From Halobacteriovoraceae bacterium (lineage in GTDB: Bacteria; Bdellovibrionota; Bacteriovoracia; Bacteriovoracales; Bacteriovoracaceae), in the NCBI GenBank assembly GCA_963719505.1, contig CAVRCF010000001.1:736001-800000 (forward strand): a stretch of 64,000 nucleotides of DNA. Direction: 5' to 3'. The first letter of the stretch is position 1, and each line of letters starts with the position of its first letter. Positions 59,350 to 64,000 of this stretch are shown here, in pieces. The position numbers and the translations under genes were made by a program. The notes beneath the pieces were generated by a model, which ran no database searches, was not told the origin of the DNA, and saw nothing but the letters and a program-made list of their open reading frames with translations.

Positions 59350-60833
59350 ATAAAGTGCACAAAAAACTTAGATACCTAGTATTTCTATATATAGAAAAAT
59401 TAAGCTTTTTTTATATTTATTTATTCAAAAGTGCTCCTCGCTCAAACTCAATAAATAGAAGCTTCCAGGCCACACAAAAAATAGAGTTATTGGATCGTAA
59501 AGTTTTAATTGTTGTTTCTCATTGCGACGATGAGCTAATATGGTCAAGTTCCCTTTTAACCCAAAAAGACTCAGCTTCAGTTCGGCTCTTAGTGATTTAT
59601 AGCGGTGGAAAGAAGAGGGATGATTCGGCTTGTCGCGTTGCCCACCAGTCAGGGGTTGAGTTTGATCACTTAAAATTGGAAGAGAACACTTTCAGCGATA
59701 ATCGACTTGCATTTATCACAAATGAGGCGGCTGAAAAGATAGAAAATAAATTAAATACTTATACAGATATTGATATAGTTTTCACTCATAATCCTCATGG
59801 TGAATATGGGCATGGTCACCATATAGATCTTTCAGCTAAGATTTCTAAGTTTTATAAAAATAGAGAAGAAGAGTTGTTTTATTTTGGTTATGCTCATTCA
59901 ACAGTTTATAATAAGTTAGCTCTATTTTATAAAACTACAACCTTGTTTTTAAATCACACTGGAGTCTGGCCTAAGTATTCAACTAAGAGTGTGAAACCAT
60001 CTTCTGGAATGTTAAAATTTAAACAGTATGAGAGGTATTTCTTAGTCAATCATACTCACTACTTTCCTCAAAAAGATCAGGGGCTTTTATACAAATTAAT
60101 TGAGAATTATGAATTTATTAGAAAAGATATCTGGGATGGATGGCTTAGATATGGAACTCATTATCACAAATATATGGTAAGTAATGTTCAGTACTTCATG
60201 TCAAATAAAGTTGCATATAATTTTGAAGTATTTCTTGAATGGCCAACATTTTATAAAACCGATCTTTTGCCAAAGAATAAGCAGGGTGAAATTGTTAGAG
60301 CAGACGACATTAGATATTTGTTTGACTACTTTCTTATTCCGAAACTAAAATTTGAGGGCGATTTGTTATTCTGCGGCTGGAATGAATTTTGTATAAATAG
60401 AAGATATAAAAGTAAATTTTTGAAATATTGCTCATCATTCAGTACTTTGGATAATAATCCTATAAGAAAAGATGAAAGTATTTACGGCGATCAAGTAGCA
60501 ACCTATGTTGGAGATATCGTAAATTTGGACGGAGTCATTGAGGACTCAAAGTTTGATTCTATAGTCTGTAATGGTGTGTTTGAATATGTAAGTGATATTG
60601 AAGCGTCTACAGCTGAAATTTCAAGAATTCTTAAGGTCGGAGGAAGGTTTCTTCTTGGTATGCCTGGCAAGGAATATTCGTCCACAGGAGTAAATAGAAC
60701 GACCTACACTGAAATGAAAAAAATTCTTAGAAGTAATGGACTTTTACCTGTACAGGTCTGGCTGAAAGAATTCCCAGAATATTATTTTATACATGGAATA
60801 AAGCTAGATGAGTCTTGGCAATTAACTCCTTAA
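59337..60833 (+). CDS. PIG-L/LmbE-like deacetylase fused to a class I methyltransferase-like domain
   Basis: SHCDDE and THNPHGEYGHGHH at the N-terminus; FDSIVCNGVFEY and EISRILKVGG at the C-terminus. Confidence 0.7.
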   Translation: MVMVNKVHKKLRYLVFLYIEKLSFFYIYLFKSAPRSNSINRSFQATQKIELLDRKVLIVVSHCDDELIWSSSLLTQKDSASVRLLVIYSGGKKRDDSACRVAHQSGVEFDHLKLEENTFSDNRLAFITNEAAEKIENKLNTYTDIDIVFTHNPHGEYGHGHHIDLSAKISKFYKNREEELFYFGYAHSTVYNKLALFYKTTTLFLNHTGVWPKYSTKSVKPSSGMLKFKQYERYFLVNHTHYFPQKDQGLLYKLIENYEFIRKDIWDGWLRYGTHYHKYMVSNVQYFMSNKVAYNFEVFLEWPTFYKTDLLPKNKQGEIVRADDIRYLFDYFLIPKLKFEGDLLFCGWNEFCINRRYKSKFLKYCSSFSTLDNNPIRKDESIYGDQVATYVGDIVNLDGVIEDSKFDSIVCNGVFEYVSDIEASTAEISRILKVGGRFLLGMPGKEYSSTGVNRTTYTEMKKILRSNGLLPVQVWLKEFPEYYFIHGIKLDESWQLTP

Positions 60834-61675
60834 TACATCTTCTCAATTAATTTTTCTTCACTAACATAGTAAAACCTGTAAGAAATAATAAAGATAGCTA
60901 TAGAAATAAGTAATATTAAAAAATACTCAAGCTGAAGAACAAACATACCTTTAAATATAAGATCTCTACATCTAATTAGTAAATATCCAATTGGGTTATA
61001 ATCTATCAATATCCTAATCAATGGGTTTTCGATTGTTGTCTGCTTGTATATTACGGGAGTAATGAACATAAAAAGTGTTAAACCGAAATTTACAGCTTTT
61101 CGAAAGTCGTTATAGGCTATAGATAGAATTGAGGTAATTAGACCGATTGAGCATGCTAAAAACAGTAATGGAGCCAGATATATAAAAACAAGAATAGATT
61201 TCCAGCTAGGTATAATGTCAAAGAAAAATAAAGCTATAAAAGTAATTGCTAGGTTAATTATTATTGTTATCGATTGATTTATTATTTGTTTAACTAGAAG
61301 TGCGTGGCGTGGAAAGTTTACCTGCTGCAAGAAACCAGAAGCTATATTGAATATATCGCTAGATGCATTAATGTATCCGACAAAAATAGACCAAAAGGTT
61401 GTACCAATTAAAACAAATGCTGGGTAGGGTACACCTATATCTCCGGGAGTAAGTAATCCTGCGTAGTTTAGAAATATCCAGGATATAATGCTGACTAGAG
61501 GTGTAATAATATGCCAGGTCACCCCAAGTAAAGCTTTCTTGTACTGCGCAATAAAGTCTCTTTTCACTAATTGAGTTATAAGATCTTTTTTGCTCATCGT
61601 GTCTCTAAAACTAGTTCTAAGCATTTGGAAAATATTTTCAGCGTTTCGGCTGTTCGGGGTATAAATTTCTTGCAT
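60830..61675 (-). CDS. wzm: Polysaccharide ABC exporter permease
   Basis: RDFIAQYK...LG..W....P, VNFPR, FITPVIY, YNP. Confidence 0.9.
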   Translation of the reverse strand: MQEIYTPNSRNAENIFQMLRTSFRDTMSKKDLITQLVKRDFIAQYKKALLGVTWHIITPLVSIISWIFLNYAGLLTPGDIGVPYPAFVLIGTTFWSIFVGYINASSDIFNIASGFLQQVNFPRHALLVKQIINQSITIIINLAITFIALFFFDIIPSWKSILVFIYLAPLLFLACSIGLITSILSIAYNDFRKAVNFGLTLFMFITPVIYKQTTIENPLIRILIDYNPIGYLLIRCRDLIFKGMFVLQLEYFLILLISIAIFIISYRFYYVSEEKLIEKMY

Positions 61676-61727
61676 AGTTCGTTAGTATCATGTCAAAAAT
61701 GAGGATGTCTATTTAATAGCAAGCTAT

Positions 61728-62720
61728 GTGGGTAATTTTTTGAATTTAACTAGAGATTTACGTTTCAACTTAGAAAAAGAAGCCGTAGAGTATCGCGGAC
61801 TTTTTTATTGGAGAAGAGAAATCTCTGGTGTTTGGCCTTTGGTTAATCAGAATCGAGAAATCATACCGTACATCGCTTTTGGTAATAAGAATGGATTGAG
61901 TGAGGAGTTAATACTTCGAGCAAAAGTTTACAAAAAAAAGGGATATCGGATCATATTTAATCTTCAAAGTGCTCCATATTATAAGGAAAATAAAAAATTT
62001 ATATATTCTTTTTTTGATGCTGTTATGGATATGGGGAGTGAAGAAAAAAGTCTAAACATGAATCATTCAATGATGGTAAGGTCTATGCCTTATAAAAATT
62101 TTTTTTGGGAAACAGCTGGAAATCTAAAGTCCGTAGACTTTTCTATCTTAACGTGGGGTGATGATGATGGCGGATGTAAACAATGGGAAAAAGGCAAAAA
62201 AGTAGTTTTGCAACTCCTTGAAAAAGGAATGTCTGGGATTGTTTTTAATCAAAGGCCTATTGTAAATATTGAATCAGACGATCTGAAATATTGGACGGAC
62301 GGTGGCTCGTTAAAAATTATCAATACTGTTTTAGAAGAGAAAGACTTTTTTAAAATTGCCGATAGAAGTAAGATCTCTATTTTTCCAAACGAAAACGATG
62401 CTTTTCCTAAATTCATCATAGAGTCACTGTTGAGTAATAGACCTATTGTTTACTCAAATAAACTAAAGTTTGGAAAAGGAGTATTGCAGTGGAGTGGGGA
62501 CGTCGCCATGGAATATAACTTTGAAAATGAAGATAGTATTGATAAAATAATTACGTTTCAAAAAAAATCTGAAGCTTACAATTCAAGAAAGCTATGGTTG
62601 GAAGAGTTTGGTTTTGATAGGTTATCAAAATTATGGGCTAGTGAGCTAAATAGGCTTTTTGGGACTAACTACAAACAGATCTCTTATTTGAACCACGAGA
62701 AGCGAAAAAATGATAAATGA
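61728..62720 (+). CDS. Putative GT-B fold glycosyltransferase
   Basis: DAFPKFIIESL...RPIV resembles the GT4 ExxxxxxxE motif; locus context. Confidence 0.55.
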   Translation: MGNFLNLTRDLRFNLEKEAVEYRGLFYWRREISGVWPLVNQNREIIPYIAFGNKNGLSEELILRAKVYKKKGYRIIFNLQSAPYYKENKKFIYSFFDAVMDMGSEEKSLNMNHSMMVRSMPYKNFFWETAGNLKSVDFSILTWGDDDGGCKQWEKGKKVVLQLLEKGMSGIVFNQRPIVNIESDDLKYWTDGGSLKIINTVLEEKDFFKIADRSKISIFPNENDAFPKFIIESLLSNRPIVYSNKLKFGKGVLQWSGDVAMEYNFENEDSIDKIITFQKKSEAYNSRKLWLEEFGFDRLSKLWASELNRLFGTNYKQISYLNHEKRKNDK

Positions 62721-63549
62721 AATCAAAAAAAATTCAATTTGTGTAATAAGGAGTGTTGGTGAAAGTACGACTGACACTTGCCTATCTAGATGTGTCAGCT
62801 TCTTTGGTGAGAATAATGTCGTTGTTATTTATGAATCGCCGTTTGAAAATGCAATAAAAAAATGTTTCGAAATTGGCATTGATTCAGGGAAAAAATGGCT
62901 CATGGTAATTGATGCTGACGTTATACCTGCTGAGCATGGATTAGAGAGCTTATTGAGATATGCTAGTGCATCATCTGAGAACCTTTTCGAAGTTCAAGGT
63001 AATGTTTATGATTTCTCTTTTGGGGGTTGGCGTCAAGCTGGAAACCATCTATATAGAGTATCTTTATTAAGTAAAGCAATTGAGTTGATTCCAGGTCCAG
63101 GAGAGTCACTCCGGCCTGAATCAACAACGATAAAGAGAATGGCTGGGTTGGGTTATGAATGGTCAGAGTTAGATTTTAAAATTGGACTTCATGACTTTGA
63201 ACAATATCCAAAAGATTACTTTCGAAAAGCACTACTATTTAATAAAAAATTCAAACGATATATTCCTATTTTAAAGTTTCGTTGGAAAAAAAATGAACAC
63301 TTACACTATGGCTTCAAATACCTAATAAACGGTATCGAATATAAGCAAAATGTAGAGAATCAAGATTATTTAAATGCTGATAAAGTAAACCTAATATTTA
63401 AATCGTTAGATAGGGTCGAAAATATAGACTTTGAAAAATACGCTGACCTCGATATTAATGACTACAACAATACATTTGAGTTTAAAATATTTCAATGTGT
63501 GAGCTTTATTTCCAATTCAAATCTTTATAAATGGATATCAAATGTTTAA
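62710..63549 (+). CDS. Putative GT-A fold glycosyltransferase
   Basis: WLMVIDADV DxD motif; locus context. Confidence 0.55.
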   Translation: MINEIKKNSICVIRSVGESTTDTCLSRCVSFFGENNVVVIYESPFENAIKKCFEIGIDSGKKWLMVIDADVIPAEHGLESLLRYASASSENLFEVQGNVYDFSFGGWRQAGNHLYRVSLLSKAIELIPGPGESLRPESTTIKRMAGLGYEWSELDFKIGLHDFEQYPKDYFRKALLFNKKFKRYIPILKFRWKKNEHLHYGFKYLINGIEYKQNVENQDYLNADKVNLIFKSLDRVENIDFEKYADLDINDYNNTFEFKIFQCVSFISNSNLYKWISNV

Positions 63550-64000
63550 AGTTGGATTTTACTTTAATGGTGTGGAAAACAATCATGATATCAATACTAT
63601 TCAAGCATCGACACGAATAAGAGTATTTGATGTTATTAAAATGTTTAAGTATGATTTTAAGTACCGTCTTGAGCTTTTCAAGCCAGGTAAAAAATACGAT
63701 CTTGTGGTATTTCAAAAAATTTTAGACAAGAAAGGTTTAGATCTTTTAAAAGAAACAAAAAACCTAGGTTGTAAAACAGTATATGATATAAACATTAATG
63801 CTATTGACTGTGACTGGGACTCAGATAGTCTATTTGGAAGCGGAACAAAAGAAGTTCTAGTGGAACGTGCAGAAATAATAAAATCTATTTGTTCAGAAGC
63901 TGACATCGTTTGTGTTTCATCTAGACACCTTAAAGGTGTTTACTCTCAGTATTCTAAGAGGACGATTTGTATTGAAGAAAGTGTACCTGACAGTTTAATT
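63542..64000 (+). CDS. Putative glycosyltransferase, N-terminal part (runs off window; not in the ORF track)
   Basis: MFKVGFYF...ASTRIRV...YDLVVFQK...VYDI...ADIVCVSSRHL is open to the window end. Confidence 0.65.
   Translation, partial: MFKVGFYFNGVENNHDINTIQASTRIRVFDVIKMFKYDFKYRLELFKPGKKYDLVVFQKILDKKGLDLLKETKNLGCKTVYDININAIDCDWDSDSLFGSGTKEVLVERAEIIKSICSEADIVCVSSRHLKGVYSQYSKRTICIEESVPDSLI

Noticed and set aside
94-63906. Many 60-150 aa ORFs antisense to, or in alternative frames of, long genes (e.g. 23839-24300, 32597-33058, 41731-42159)
   Set aside because: They lie inside well-supported CDS with no recognisable motifs, so they are treated as shadow ORFs.

Overview
AT-rich bacterial chromosomal window with about 60 CDS. 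Gene content suggests Bdellovibrionota (Bacteriovorax/Halobacteriovorax-like); this is inference only. 1-43.5 kb is mostly core. It holds a partner-switching/two-component operon, trmL-pepA divergent from lptF, a peptide ABC transporter, htrA, psd, a sigma54 activator, manC, mgtE, a repeat/PilZ-like protein with a TPR response regulator, an M14 peptidase, metF-metH, manA-kdsD, a frameshifted pEtN-transferase-like gene, pip and nucleotide-sugar enzymes. 43.6-49.4 kb is an accessory islet with a SWIM-SNF2 helicase, a RAYT-type HUH nuclease, an unannotated 26-aa type I toxin-like ORF and higBA bracketed by 66-bp direct repeats. 49.4-64 kb is a surface polysaccharide locus with two MBOAT/AlgJ pairs (one MBOAT split by an IS3-family element), wzt/wzm, a deacetylase-methyltransferase fusion and glycosyltransferases. 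The best unannotated signals are non-coding: four sigma54 promoters (two apparently driving sRNAs, one with an RBS-sequestering hairpin), twin divergent sigma28 promoters and the type I TA-like locus. I saw no rRNA, tRNA or CRISPR array. All assignments were made by eye from motifs; no searches or folding programs were run.
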